Below are positions 36,465-46,757 of a DNA stretch of 64,000 bases, piece after piece. The stretch covers positions 32,856 through 96,855 of the forward strand of contig JAZQEP010000034.1 of assembly GCA_045539075.1 (NCBI GenBank), given 5' to 3'. Numbering within the stretch: the stretch's first letter is position 1; the number at the start of each line of letters is the position of its first letter. The translations under genes were made by a program, and so were the position numbers. This stretch comes from Faecousia sp. (GTDB lineage Bacteria > Bacillota > Clostridia > Oscillospirales > Oscillospiraceae). The notes below the pieces were generated by a model. It was not told the DNA's origin and ran no database searches. It saw only the letters and a program-made list of their open reading frames with translations.

Positions 36465-36845
36465 CTAGAGATTCTGGGGCGGCGTAATAAAAATTTCAGA
36501 CTTATTCCACTGCTGCGGAAGCTCTGAAAGCGGAATCATCTGGAGATTCTGGTCTGTGACAGTATCGGCAAATACCTGCAGATTCTCATTTTCAATCTGC
36601 TCGAAGCCCCGTTTTCTGGCATAGAGATTGACGACGGTGAAGGGAACAACGCCGGTGTTCGGCGACTGGCTCTCAGCTTTATCGGGCACGGGGACAGTAA
36701 TGGGCTGAATCTTTCCACTGCTGTCAGTTAACCGCATGGCAATGGCAGTACCGTCGCCGTAGGTAACCGTGACAGCTACATCCTCCAGCGGGATCCGTGC
36801 GTTGCTGGTATATGCGTAAACCTGTATGTATCCGGTGGCAGACAA
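36465..36845 (-). CDS. small beta-rich protein (carboxypeptidase-regulatory-like fold suspected)
   Basis: 126 aa. First gene of the three-gene cluster, 10 nt upstream of the next ORF. Confidence 0.55.
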   Translation of the reverse strand: MSATGYIQVYAYTSNARIPLEDVAVTVTYGDGTAIAMRLTDSSGKIQPITVPVPDKAESQSPNTGVVPFTVVNLYARKRGFEQIENENLQVFADTVTDQNLQMIPLSELPQQWNKSEIFITPPQNL

Positions 36846-36921
36846 GTGATCACTCCTTTCGGTTTTTCAAAGCAGGATATGCACAGGGAAAGAAAAAAGT
36901 GCAGCGAAGTTACCTTCGCTG

Positions 36922-37359
36922 CTATAGATAAGGCTGCATCTGACGAATGTTTTCAGTCTCGCGGTCGATGAGCTTCTGGTTCAAAGTGCGCACACAAGCG
37001 TCGATATTCGGACTGTGGTGCTGGTTTTTGATGGTTTTGATCATGCCCCTGGTATTGCCGTTGATCATCATGGCTGCGATCTTGGAATCCTGCCGTTCCA
37101 CAGTCAGCATCGTTCTGGACATCATATCAGACATGACACGGACACCTTTGGAAAGCTCAGGAACCTGCCAGCCCTTACGCTTGGCGATATTGTGCGCTTC
37201 CGTTTCGATTGCGTCGTATTCCTTCAGCTGAGACTGCAACTCCCGGCGGAGATTGGTTCCCACAGCGTAATCCGCCACACTTCGAATGCCTGTCTGGCCC
37301 ATCTGGGTGGTTTTCAGAATGGATGACAGGACTTCCTTGCTTGTTTTCATTTTCATCAC
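36922..37359 (-). CDS. hypothetical helical protein
   Basis: 145 aa with a downstream terminator hairpin. Exact start is uncertain among the MMKM codons. Confidence 0.6.
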   Translation of the reverse strand: MMKMKTSKEVLSSILKTTQMGQTGIRSVADYAVGTNLRRELQSQLKEYDAIETEAHNIAKRKGWQVPELSKGVRVMSDMMSRTMLTVERQDSKIAAMMINGNTRGMIKTIKNQHHSPNIDACVRTLNQKLIDRETENIRQMQPYL

Positions 37360-37438
37360 CGTTAGGAGTATGCCCGGTCGCGTTCTTTTTTATGCGTCCA
37401 TGGCATAAAATTCACGGAATGAAAGGATGTGATGGAAA

Positions 37439-39262
37439 ATGTGCGCCATTTCCGGTGTGTTTGATCTCCCCTTTGATCAGGAAACATTGATGCATATGCT
37501 GGATACCATGCGCCGAAGAGGACCGGATGGGGAAGGAATATATAGCAGGGAGCAGTTTGCCATGCTCCATACCAGGCTTGCCATTGTGGATCCGCAGGGA
37601 GGTGTCCAGCCGATGCACACTGCCTGGGAGGGTGAAACTTACACAATCATTTATAACGGTGAGCTATATAATACGGAAGAAATCCGGATGCAGCTGGAAA
37701 AAAACGGACACTATTTTCTGGGAAGGTCGGATACAGAGGTTGTTCTCCATGCTTTTGCCCATTGGGGAGAGGCATGTTTGCAGCAGCTGAACGGAATATT
37801 TGCGTTTGCAGTGTGGCAGCATAAAGCGAAGCGGTTGTTCCTGGCCAGGGACCGGATCGGCGTGAAACCTCTGTTCTACAGCTGCCTGAACGGCGGCTTG
37901 ATATTCGCATCGGAAATCAAGACGATTCTGGCATATCCGCAGGTCCTCCCACGGCTGGATGTGGAAGGAGCGGCGCAGCTGATTCTCCTGGGCCCGGGAA
38001 GATTGCCCGGCAGCGGTGTATTTCAGAATATTTATGAGTTGGAACCCGGATGCTGCGCGGTGTACCGGGAGGGCAAGCTGCGTGTGCGCCGGTACTGGAA
38101 GCTGCAGGACGGGCTGCATTCGGACACGCTGGAGCAAACCATTGAGAAGGTGCGTTTTCTGGTGCTGGACGCGATCCGGCGTCAGATGGTATCCGATGTA
38201 CCTCTGGGAACATTTCTTTCCGGAGGGTTGGATTCCAGTATCATCAGTGCTGTATGTGCCAAAGAACTTGAGGAACGAGGACAAATTCTCCAGACATTTT
38301 CTGTGGACTATAAGAACAATGAACTGTATTTCTCACCGGAAAAATTCCAGCCGGAATCCGATGGGGAATATATCCACATCATGCTGGAATATATGGGAGC
38401 GCAGAACAGGAGAAAAGTAATAGGAACCGAGGAGCTTTTGGAGGCATTGGAGCCATCCACTGATGCCAGAGACCTGCCGGGAATGGCCGATGTGGATTTT
38501 TCGCTTCTGGCATTTTGCAAAGATGTGCACAGCGATGTGAAGATGGTCCTCTCCGGGGAGTGTGCGGATGAGATATTCGGGGGATACCCCTGGTACCGGG
38601 ACCCTAAAATTCGGGCTATGGATGGCTTTCCCTGGGCACAGAATACCATCGTGCGCTGCGGACTTATGAGTGAAGCCCTATCAAATCGGATCAATGGGCA
38701 GGATTTTATTACGGATGCTTACAGGCAGACCTGCAGGGAAAGCGATATCTGTCCTGAAAATACTGACACTCAAAGAAGAATGAAAGAAATGATCAATCTG
38801 AATTTTCGGTGGTTTATGCAGACATTACTGGACCGGAAGGACAGAATGAGTATGTATTCAGGGCTTGAGGTGCGGGTGCCCTTCTGCGATTACCGGATCG
38901 CCCAGTACCTTTACACAGTTCCCTGGGAGATGAAGGAACTGGAAGGCAGGGAAAAGAGTCTTCTGAGAAAGGCAATGGAGGGAATGATCCCGGACCGGGT
39001 GCTGTACAGAAAAAAGAGTCCGTATCCGAAGACATATGACCCCAAATATGAGCAATTGGTCAGATCACGTCTTGAAGAGATTCTCAGAAGTCGGGATTCA
39101 AAGCTATTTGCGCTTGTCAGCAAGGCATCTGTGGAGAAGATCATGGAATACGAATCCCCCTGGCCATGGTATGGCCAGCTGATGAGAAGACCTCAGACCA
39201 TGGCATATCTTCTGCAGATTGAATACTGGCTGAAGCAATACAGGGTTGAACTTTGTTTTTGA
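37439..39262 (+). CDS. asnB: asparagine synthase (glutamine-hydrolysing)
   Basis: N-terminal MCAISG (Ntn Cys2) and SGGLDSS PP-loop. 607 aa. Confidence 0.92.
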   Translation: MCAISGVFDLPFDQETLMHMLDTMRRRGPDGEGIYSREQFAMLHTRLAIVDPQGGVQPMHTAWEGETYTIIYNGELYNTEEIRMQLEKNGHYFLGRSDTEVVLHAFAHWGEACLQQLNGIFAFAVWQHKAKRLFLARDRIGVKPLFYSCLNGGLIFASEIKTILAYPQVLPRLDVEGAAQLILLGPGRLPGSGVFQNIYELEPGCCAVYREGKLRVRRYWKLQDGLHSDTLEQTIEKVRFLVLDAIRRQMVSDVPLGTFLSGGLDSSIISAVCAKELEERGQILQTFSVDYKNNELYFSPEKFQPESDGEYIHIMLEYMGAQNRRKVIGTEELLEALEPSTDARDLPGMADVDFSLLAFCKDVHSDVKMVLSGECADEIFGGYPWYRDPKIRAMDGFPWAQNTIVRCGLMSEALSNRINGQDFITDAYRQTCRESDICPENTDTQRRMKEMINLNFRWFMQTLLDRKDRMSMYSGLEVRVPFCDYRIAQYLYTVPWEMKELEGREKSLLRKAMEGMIPDRVLYRKKSPYPKTYDPKYEQLVRSRLEEILRSRDSKLFALVSKASVEKIMEYESPWPWYGQLMRRPQTMAYLLQIEYWLKQYRVELCF

Positions 39263-39370
39263 GCGAACTGTACAGATTTTCCGTTGACGGACAGCGGGGG
39301 ATATGTTAAAATGAATAAGATAAGAGAAAAATCCCCCAAACTGTGAACGATAATGAGGAGGCATATTTTT

Positions 39371-40783
39371 ATGCGCAAGACAAAGATTATCTGCACCATC
39401 GGTCCCGCATCTCAGAATGAGGAAGTTCTGACACAAATGGCCCTGGCCGGCATGAATGTTGCCCGCCTGAACTTCTCCCACGGCACCCATCCCGAGCAGA
39501 AGGAGAAGATGGACCTGGTGAAAAAGGTTCGTGATAAGCTGAATCTGCCTATTGCCATTCTGCTGGATACCAAGGGTCCCGAGTATCGGATCAAGACCTT
39601 CAAAAACGGTAAGGTCATGATTAAGGCAGGCGATACCTTTACCTTCACCACCGAGGATGTGGAAGGCGATGAGACCATTGTCTCCGTCAATTATGAAAAC
39701 CTCCATAATGAGATGAAGCCCGGCGGCGAGATCACTGTCTGCAACGGCATGGTCAAGTTTGAGGTCTGCACAGTTAAGGGCAGAAATATTATCTGCAAGT
39801 GCGTCGTTGGCGGCGAAATGTCCAATCGCAAGAGCATGTCCTTCCCCAACAAGGTCATGACGGGCCCTTACCTCAGCGAGCAGGATAAGGCCGATATCCT
39901 CTTCGGCATCGAGCAGGGGGTTGACTTTGTTGCAGCTTCCTTCGTCTCCACCAAGCAGGATGTACTGGATATCCGCAAGCTGCTGGATGAAAACGGCGGC
40001 GAGGATATTGAGATCGTTGCTAAGATTGAAAACCAGGCCGGCGTGGACAACGTGGAGGAAATCTGCCAGGTGGCCGGCGGCGTCATGATTGCCCGCGGTG
40101 ACCTGGGCGTGGAGATCCCCTTCGTTCGCCTGCCCGATATTCAGAAGAATCTGACCCGCAAATGCCGCATGATGGGTAAACGAGTGATCACCGCTACCGA
40201 GATGCTGGAATCCATGATCACCAACCCCCGTCCCACCCGGGCCGAGATCTCCGATGTGGCCAACGCCGTTTATGACGGCACCTCCTGTGTGATGCTTTCC
40301 GGCGAGTCCGCTGCCGGTAAATATCCTGTGGAAGCTGTCCGCACCATGGCTGAGATCGCCGAGTACACCGAGTCCCACATGGATTATGTGACCAACTACC
40401 GCAATACTCCCTATGTTGGTAAGAATAATCTGGATAACCTGTCCCATGCCGTGTGCTCCATGGCACTGGATGTGGACGCAAAGGCTATCGTGGTCTGCTC
40501 CGTCTCCGGTAAGACCGCTATGCTGGTCTCCCGGTTCCGTACCCCCATCAACATCGTGGGCATGACCACTGATCCCAAGATCTGGCGCCGTCTGTCCATG
40601 AGCTGGGGCGTTACCCCTGTTCTGGCGGAGGAATTCCCCAATATGGACGTCATGTTCTATTTCGCCAAGAAGGCCACCGCAGAGGCACTGAAGCTTAATA
40701 AGGGCGACAATATTATCATTACCGGCGGACCTGTTTCCCGGGGCGGCGGCAATACCAATACCATCAAGATCGAGACCGTGTAA
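39371..40783 (+). CDS. pyk: pyruvate kinase
   Basis: MRKTKIICTIGPAS, MIARGDLGVEIP. ATG 39371 with GAGGAGG RBS. TTGACG-17-TAAAAT promoter. Confidence 0.95.
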   Translation: MRKTKIICTIGPASQNEEVLTQMALAGMNVARLNFSHGTHPEQKEKMDLVKKVRDKLNLPIAILLDTKGPEYRIKTFKNGKVMIKAGDTFTFTTEDVEGDETIVSVNYENLHNEMKPGGEITVCNGMVKFEVCTVKGRNIICKCVVGGEMSNRKSMSFPNKVMTGPYLSEQDKADILFGIEQGVDFVAASFVSTKQDVLDIRKLLDENGGEDIEIVAKIENQAGVDNVEEICQVAGGVMIARGDLGVEIPFVRLPDIQKNLTRKCRMMGKRVITATEMLESMITNPRPTRAEISDVANAVYDGTSCVMLSGESAAGKYPVEAVRTMAEIAEYTESHMDYVTNYRNTPYVGKNNLDNLSHAVCSMALDVDAKAIVVCSVSGKTAMLVSRFRTPINIVGMTTDPKIWRRLSMSWGVTPVLAEEFPNMDVMFYFAKKATAEALKLNKGDNIIITGGPVSRGGGNTNTIKIETV

Positions 40784-40790
40784 AATCTAT

Positions 40791-40828
40791 ACTGCCCTGC
40801 CGAAATTCCGGCAGGGCAGTATTTTTAT
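40791..40828 (+). terminator. rho-independent terminator of pyk
   Basis: ACTGCCCTGCCG / CGGCAGGGCAGT stem followed by a T-run. Confidence 0.9.
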
Positions 40829-40943
40829 GATTTTTACCGAATTTCCAACCCTGAAAATTCGTCGTTTTGGCCACATGAAATTTAGGTTCTGTGTTGCTAT
40901 AATACAGATAAAGATGAATTGCAATTCAGGGGGAGGAATGATC

Positions 40944-41447
40944 ATGTATCAGCTGGGCGATCAGGTTGTATATGGAATCCACGGAGTGTGCACTGTCACA
41001 AAAGTTGAAAAACAAATGGTGGATAGGAAATTTATCACGTTTCTGGTCCTGGAACCTATAGGGCAGGAGGGAACCAGATATCTGATTCCTGCAGAAAATG
41101 AAACAGCTATGAAGAAGATTCATCCAGTCCTGACCCGGGAGCAATTGGATGTGCTGATACATTCCGAGCAGATTCGCAGCGGCATCTGGAACCGGGACGA
41201 GAATGCGAGAAAGCAATCTTACCGGGAACTGATCTGCTCCGATGACAGAGTTTCTATTATGCGCGCCCTCTGGGTGTTGTACCGCCAAAAAAAAGAACAG
41301 GAACTGGCAGGGAAGAAGCTGCATCAAGCTGACGAGAATTTCCTCCGTGACGCGGAAAAGCTTCTTGCCGGAGAAATCGGTGTAATTATGAATCTGCAGG
41401 CCGATCAAGCCAAGGCGTATCTTCGTAAACAATTGCATGATCAATAA
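40944..41447 (+). CDS. CarD/CdnL/TRCF-domain transcription factor
   Basis: MYQLGDQVVYGIHGVCTVTKVEK. ATG 40944 with GGGGAGG RBS is preferred over the track start 40827. Confidence 0.8.
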   Translation: MYQLGDQVVYGIHGVCTVTKVEKQMVDRKFITFLVLEPIGQEGTRYLIPAENETAMKKIHPVLTREQLDVLIHSEQIRSGIWNRDENARKQSYRELICSDDRVSIMRALWVLYRQKKEQELAGKKLHQADENFLRDAEKLLAGEIGVIMNLQADQAKAYLRKQLHDQ

Positions 41448-41484
41448 AGTTAAGGGCAGTTCTCGATGGGAACTGCCCTTGTGG

Positions 41485-42120
41485 TTATTTCAGCAATGTA
41501 AAAAGCTCATCCATAGTGTGGGCGATGGATGCGGCACCGGCGCTTTCCACATCTTCCACCTTGCCATACCCCCAGGAGACACCCACAGTGGGAATTCCGT
41601 GAGTCTTGGCACCAATGACATCAAATGCTGTATCACCCACCATGATTTTTTCGTCATAGTCACCGCATTGGCTCAGCAGGTAGGCAATCACGTCCTCCTT
41701 GGAGCTGCGGGAGCGGTCGAAGCTGGCTCCGGCAATGATATCGAAGTATTTTGCCATGTCAAAATGCTCCAGGATCTCTACAGACATAGCTTCCGGCTTG
41801 GAGGTTGCTACATAGAGAGTATGGCCCAGGGCCTTCAGCTTTTCCAGGACAATCTGAATTCCGTCGTAGGGATGGTTCTCGAACTTGCCGATGGGGATGT
41901 AGCGGCTGCGGTAAATTTTGATGGCATTGTCCGCTTCCTCCGCGGGAACGCCAAAGCGGATAAAAGACTCATGCAGGGGAGGACCTACAAAGGTGCGAAG
42001 CTCCGCTTCACTGGGGATGGGAAGACCGTAGTGTTCCAGAGCCAGCTTTGCGCAGTTCATGATACCTTCGCCGGAGTCGGTGAGTGTGCCATCCAGATCA
42101 AATAGAATCGCTTTTTTCAT
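41485..42120 (-). CDS. HAD-family phosphatase (phosphoglycolate phosphatase-like)
   Basis: Motif I is ILFDLDGTLTDS. Confidence 0.85.
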   Translation of the reverse strand: MKKAILFDLDGTLTDSGEGIMNCAKLALEHYGLPIPSEAELRTFVGPPLHESFIRFGVPAEEADNAIKIYRSRYIPIGKFENHPYDGIQIVLEKLKALGHTLYVATSKPEAMSVEILEHFDMAKYFDIIAGASFDRSRSSKEDVIAYLLSQCGDYDEKIMVGDTAFDVIGAKTHGIPTVGVSWGYGKVEDVESAGAASIAHTMDELFTLLK

Positions 42121-42333
42121 AGGGTACAGACTCCTTTCTGTTTTCTCAATTATATCACAGGATATGCTTGCCTACAAGATGAAAATTAGTGATGTTTTGT
42201 GTATTCTATACAAGAAATATAAAGAAATTCTTCTTCTTCTATTGCAATAAGGTGTTGAATTTGGTATAGTATGTTTGTTACATTGTGCGCTGGACCCAGC
42301 CACATCGTTTGAATTCAAAAAACGAAAGGAAAC

Positions 42334-44118
42334 GTGAACAAAATGGTTGATTTAAGAGCAAAGCCTTATTGCCTGGCAGATGAGGACATTGCCTGGGTGG
42401 AAAGCACCATCGCTTCCATGACTGATGAAGAGAAGGTCGGTCAGCTTTTCTGGCAGCTCACTGCCGGTAATTCTGAGGAGTATCTGAAGGACCTGATGGA
42501 GACCTACAAGCTGGGCGGCTGCCGATATAATGGTATGCCCGGTCAGAAGGTTCTGGATCAGAATCGGATTCTGCAGAAGTATGCCAAGATCCCCGTGCTC
42601 ATCGCCTGCAACCCCGAGCAGGGCGGCAACGGTGTTTGCCCCGACGGTACCTTTGTTTCCTCTCAGGTGAAGATCGGTGCTACCCGCAATGCCGACTACG
42701 CCCGTGCCATGGGCCGCATCTCCGGCGCCCAGATCAAGGCTACCGGCTGCAACATGGCATTCGCTCCTGTGGTGGACATCACTTACAACTGGGAGTGCGA
42801 GGAAGTTCTGGCCCGCGCCTACGGTAACGATCATAAGCTGGTTGCCGAAATGGGCAAGGCATATATGGACGGCCTGCACGAGACCGAGGGCGTTTACTGC
42901 TGCGCCAAGCACTTCCCAGGTAACGGTCAGGACTATCGTGATGCCCATATGTCCAACAACGTCAACCACTTTACCCACGACAAGTGGATGGAGACCTACG
43001 GCCATGTTTACAAGACTCTGATCGACGGCGGTCTGGATGCCATCATGGGCGGACACATTCTGATGCCCGAGTACATGCAGGAGATCAATCCTGACATCAC
43101 CCCCGACACCATCATGCCCGGCACCCTGTGCAAGGAGATCATGACCGACCTGCTCCGCGGCGAGCTGGGCTTCAACGGCATGGTCGTCACCGATGCCTCT
43201 CACATGGTCGGCATGACCAACCGCATGAAGCGTAAGGACATGCTGCCTGCCGCCATCAATGCCGGCTGCGATATGTTCCTGTTCTTCAACGATCCTGCAG
43301 AGGATTTTGCAACCATGCTGGATGCCTACAAGACCGGCATCATCAGCGAGGAGCGCATTGTGGAAGCTCTGACTCGTATTCTGGGTCTGAAGGCTGCCAA
43401 GGGTATGCACAAGATGGCTAAGGATGAGCTCTGCGGCACCGATGAGGAACTGGTTGCTGCGCTGACTAACCCCGAGTTCAAGACCGTGGCTCCCGCCATC
43501 TCCAAGGACGCTCTGACTCTGGTCAAGTACAAGGACGAGGGTATCCTGCCCCTGTCTCCCGAGAAGACCAAGCGCGTCATGATCGTCAACGTTAAGGGCC
43601 CCGAGAGCCCCATGGGCAAGCTGGCGGCTATCGCCATGGGCGGCGGTGCTGCCAAGAAGAGCCCTGTTGAGAAGTTCTGCGACAAGCTGAACGAAAAGGG
43701 CTTCGATGCCTTCATCTACGAGTCTCCCCTGGACAAGATGATGAAGGAGGTTGCCGCAGGCAAGCCCTTCAATCTGAATCTGTATTTCGCAGGCAAGAAT
43801 GCCATTGCTGATTTCGTGTCTGGCATGGACATTGTCATTACCTTCTTCAATGTTGCCAACGGTCATCCCGTATTCGGTATGTCCAAGGGCGGCGGTGAGA
43901 TTCCCTGGTACGTCCATGAGATCCCTGTTGTCGGTGTCTCCGTGAACAAGCCTACCATGCTGGCTGATGCTCCCATGCTGCGCACCTACATCAATACCTA
44001 CGATTCCAACGACGATACGCTGGATGCTCTGGTGGATGCTCTGCTCACCGGTCCCGAGGCCTTCAAGGGCACCGATCCCATCGACTCCTACTGCGGTATG
44101 TACGACACCCACATGTAA
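42334..44118 (+). CDS. glycoside hydrolase family 3 (NagZ/beta-glucosidase-like)
   Basis: KHFPGNGQDYRDAH and VVTDASHM motifs. Start is either GTG 42334 or ATG 42343. Confidence 0.88.
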   Translation: MNKMVDLRAKPYCLADEDIAWVESTIASMTDEEKVGQLFWQLTAGNSEEYLKDLMETYKLGGCRYNGMPGQKVLDQNRILQKYAKIPVLIACNPEQGGNGVCPDGTFVSSQVKIGATRNADYARAMGRISGAQIKATGCNMAFAPVVDITYNWECEEVLARAYGNDHKLVAEMGKAYMDGLHETEGVYCCAKHFPGNGQDYRDAHMSNNVNHFTHDKWMETYGHVYKTLIDGGLDAIMGGHILMPEYMQEINPDITPDTIMPGTLCKEIMTDLLRGELGFNGMVVTDASHMVGMTNRMKRKDMLPAAINAGCDMFLFFNDPAEDFATMLDAYKTGIISEERIVEALTRILGLKAAKGMHKMAKDELCGTDEELVAALTNPEFKTVAPAISKDALTLVKYKDEGILPLSPEKTKRVMIVNVKGPESPMGKLAAIAMGGGAAKKSPVEKFCDKLNEKGFDAFIYESPLDKMMKEVAAGKPFNLNLYFAGKNAIADFVSGMDIVITFFNVANGHPVFGMSKGGGEIPWYVHEIPVVGVSVNKPTMLADAPMLRTYINTYDSNDDTLDALVDALLTGPEAFKGTDPIDSYCGMYDTHM

Positions 44119-44136
44119 TTGGGAAACGAGGTTAAA

Positions 44137-44988
44137 ATGTCTATTTTTGATACTTTCGAAAGAAAGCACGATTACCTGGTTTGCGTTGACTCCGACGGCT
44201 GTGTCATGGACACCATGAACTGCAAGCATTTTAATTGCTTCGGTCCCTGTATGGTTACCGAGTGGGGCCTGGAAGAGTGGAAGGACGAGATCCTGGACCG
44301 CTGGAACGTGATCAACCTGTTCTCCATGACCCGGGGTATCAACCGCTTCAAGGGTCTGGCTATGGCACTGGGCGAGATCAACGAGAAGTACACCAAAATC
44401 GTCGGCGTGGAGGCCTTGCAGCACTGGGCTGACACCGCACCCGCTCTGAGCAACGACGGCGCTGCCAAGGCTGCTGCTGAGACTGACGATCCCGATGCCA
44501 AGCTGGTCCTGCAGAAGGCTCTCAGCTGGTCCAAGGCTGTCAACGCCGCCATTGTGGAGCTGGATGAAAGCCTAAAGGTTCCCTATGATGGCGCCAAGGA
44601 AGGTCTGGCCGCTGCCCATCAGTTTGCTGACGTGGCTATGGTCTCCTCTGCCAACCGGGATGCCGTTGAGGAGGAGTGGGGCAAGTTCGGTTTGCTGGAG
44701 CATACCGACATCGTCCTGGCGCAGGACATCGGCTCCAAGGCTGCCTGCATCAAGGAAATGCTGAAGTTCGGTTATGACCTGGACAAGGTTGTGATGGTGG
44801 GCGACGCACCTGGTGACTGTGACGCGGCAGAAAAGAACGGCGTTTATTACTATCCTATTCTTGTCAATCATGAGAAGGAAAGCTGGGACGAGGCCATTGC
44901 TGTTGGCTTTGCCAAGCTCCAGTCCGGCGAATATGCCGAATACGGCGCTGAGATGAAGCAGAAGTTCCTGCGGAATCTGGGCGGCTAA
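44137..44988 (+). CDS. HAD-family hydrolase
   Basis: VCVDSDGCVMDT motif I and MVGDAPGD motif. ATG 44137 with GAGG RBS. Confidence 0.8.
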   Translation: MSIFDTFERKHDYLVCVDSDGCVMDTMNCKHFNCFGPCMVTEWGLEEWKDEILDRWNVINLFSMTRGINRFKGLAMALGEINEKYTKIVGVEALQHWADTAPALSNDGAAKAAAETDDPDAKLVLQKALSWSKAVNAAIVELDESLKVPYDGAKEGLAAAHQFADVAMVSSANRDAVEEEWGKFGLLEHTDIVLAQDIGSKAACIKEMLKFGYDLDKVVMVGDAPGDCDAAEKNGVYYYPILVNHEKESWDEAIAVGFAKLQSGEYAEYGAEMKQKFLRNLGG

Positions 44989-45000
44989 GTTAAATTTTTA

Positions 45001-45030
45001 AGGGCCGCCGCTTATCGCGGCGGCCCTTTT
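45001..45030 (+). terminator. rho-independent terminator
   Basis: GGGCCGCCG / CGGCGGCCC stem followed by TTTT. Confidence 0.85.
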
Positions 45031-45044
45031 CGTAAGGTGAGTGT

Positions 45045-45863
45045 ATGATTCGTAAATTATACCCCGGAGGCAAAAGTAAGGCATTCAATATCAGTTACGA
45101 TGACGGCGTTATTCAGGATATCCGGTTTGTGGAACTATTAAACCGGTACGGTCTGAAAGGAACGTTCAATCTCAACTACGGATTGATGCACAGCGGGTTT
45201 ACCTGGCAGCATGAATGCGGCATGACAGTCCGTCGGATTCCAGAAGAACAGGTGACCGCGGTTTATGAGGGACATGAAATTGCCAGCCACAGTTATTCCC
45301 ATCCCTATTTCGACAACATGGATGAAACAGAGATTCTGAAGGAGCTTGCAGCGGACAAATTCTTATTGGAGAAGCTGTTTGGCAGGGAAGTTGCAGGCTA
45401 CGCAACCCCCTTTTACTATTACGGTGAGCTGTTGGCCGACTGTGTACGGCATTGTGGCTTCGAATATGCCCGCATTTCGGAAGAAAGCAGCGATTATTCT
45501 GTGCCGGCGGATTTTTTCCATTGGCGGGGCAGTAAGTTCCACTGGGACAAGGATATGGCTGATTTTGTTCGAGGATTTCTGGAAACGGAACAGGAACTGG
45601 CCCTCTGTCAGCTGGTGGGGCACAGCTATGATCTGGATGTGATGAATCTGTGGCAGATTATGGAACAGATATTGCGCTGGGTCAGTGAGAATAGCGACGT
45701 ATGGGCAGTTACCCATATAGAGTTGGTCCGCTATCTCAGAAATATGAATCTAGCCAAGATATCCGACAGTAAAATTAGCAATGAAAGCAACGCCGAGCTG
45801 TGGTTTATGATCGATGGAAAGACCATCAAACTGGCTCCGGGCGAGACAATACAGCTTATGTAA
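45045..45863 (+). CDS. polysaccharide deacetylase (CE4/NodB) family protein
   Basis: FNISYDDG and HSYSHP motifs. Confidence 0.85.
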   Translation: MIRKLYPGGKSKAFNISYDDGVIQDIRFVELLNRYGLKGTFNLNYGLMHSGFTWQHECGMTVRRIPEEQVTAVYEGHEIASHSYSHPYFDNMDETEILKELAADKFLLEKLFGREVAGYATPFYYYGELLADCVRHCGFEYARISEESSDYSVPADFFHWRGSKFHWDKDMADFVRGFLETEQELALCQLVGHSYDLDVMNLWQIMEQILRWVSENSDVWAVTHIELVRYLRNMNLAKISDSKISNESNAELWFMIDGKTIKLAPGETIQLM

Positions 45864-45875
45864 GGAGGCAATCCT

Positions 45876-46748
45876 ATGAAAATGATCCATATGAACGTTC
45901 CGGGCAGCAAAAATGCGACCCTGGAGGGCTATATCCTTGACTGCGAGATCACCTACGGTCTGGAGAAGAAGCGTCCTGCCATCGTGGTCTGTCCCGGCGG
46001 CGGATACTTGTACTGCTCTCCACGGGAAGCGGAGCCCATTGCACTGCGTTACGCTGCTGCGGGTTTCCACGCCTTCATTCTGCGCTACTCCGTCCAGTGG
46101 GACGCGGCGGGATTTGCACCGCTGAAGGAAGTGTCCTGGGCCATCGGCCATATCCGGGAGAATGCGGATACCTGGAACATTGATCCGGAGAAAATTGTTA
46201 CCTGCGGTTTTTCCGCCGGCGGTCATCTGGCACTTTCCGCAGGATTGCTGGGGAAAAATAAGCCTAATGCCATGATTTTGGGTTATCCCGCCGCCTCTGC
46301 GCCCAATCTTCCCGGTGCCAACTTCATGCTGAAGATATTGAAGGGCAGAGAGAATGTCACTGACGAGGACGCCAAGGAATTTGATCTTGTGGCACAGATC
46401 ACCAAGGAAGCGCCTCCGGTGTTTCTGGCGGCTACGGCACAGGATCTGCTGACCAACTTCGGTGCCATGCCCATTGCACGGAAATATATGGAGCTTGGCC
46501 TGGGTTACGAGCTTCATGTGTTCCAGTTTGGTCCCCACGGATATGCCTTGGCTGATGCCACTACTGCCGACGGAAGTTACCTGGTCCTGGATGATGCCTT
46601 TGCACAGTGGCATGAGCTAAGCGTCAAGTGGATTCTGCGGATCTTTGGTAAGCCTGAGTTCAGCGGAAAATCCACCAGTAAGATGGCTGGGATCATGCGT
46701 GAGATGGGACTGATTACAGATAAGGGCAAAAGCGCGGATTTTGCGTAA
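45876..46748 (+). CDS. alpha/beta-hydrolase esterase
   Basis: VCPGGGY oxyanion motif and GFSAGGHLA nucleophile elbow. Confidence 0.85.
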   Translation: MKMIHMNVPGSKNATLEGYILDCEITYGLEKKRPAIVVCPGGGYLYCSPREAEPIALRYAAAGFHAFILRYSVQWDAAGFAPLKEVSWAIGHIRENADTWNIDPEKIVTCGFSAGGHLALSAGLLGKNKPNAMILGYPAASAPNLPGANFMLKILKGRENVTDEDAKEFDLVAQITKEAPPVFLAATAQDLLTNFGAMPIARKYMELGLGYELHVFQFGPHGYALADATTADGSYLVLDDAFAQWHELSVKWILRIFGKPEFSGKSTSKMAGIMREMGLITDKGKSADFA

Positions 46749-46757
46749 GGAGATAGT

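Noticed and set aside
42352-44424. 690-aa minus-strand ORF opposite the GH3 and HAD genes.
   Set aside because: It spans two real genes and their intergenic RBS. It is a low-complexity H/G/L/V/Q-rich shadow ORF.
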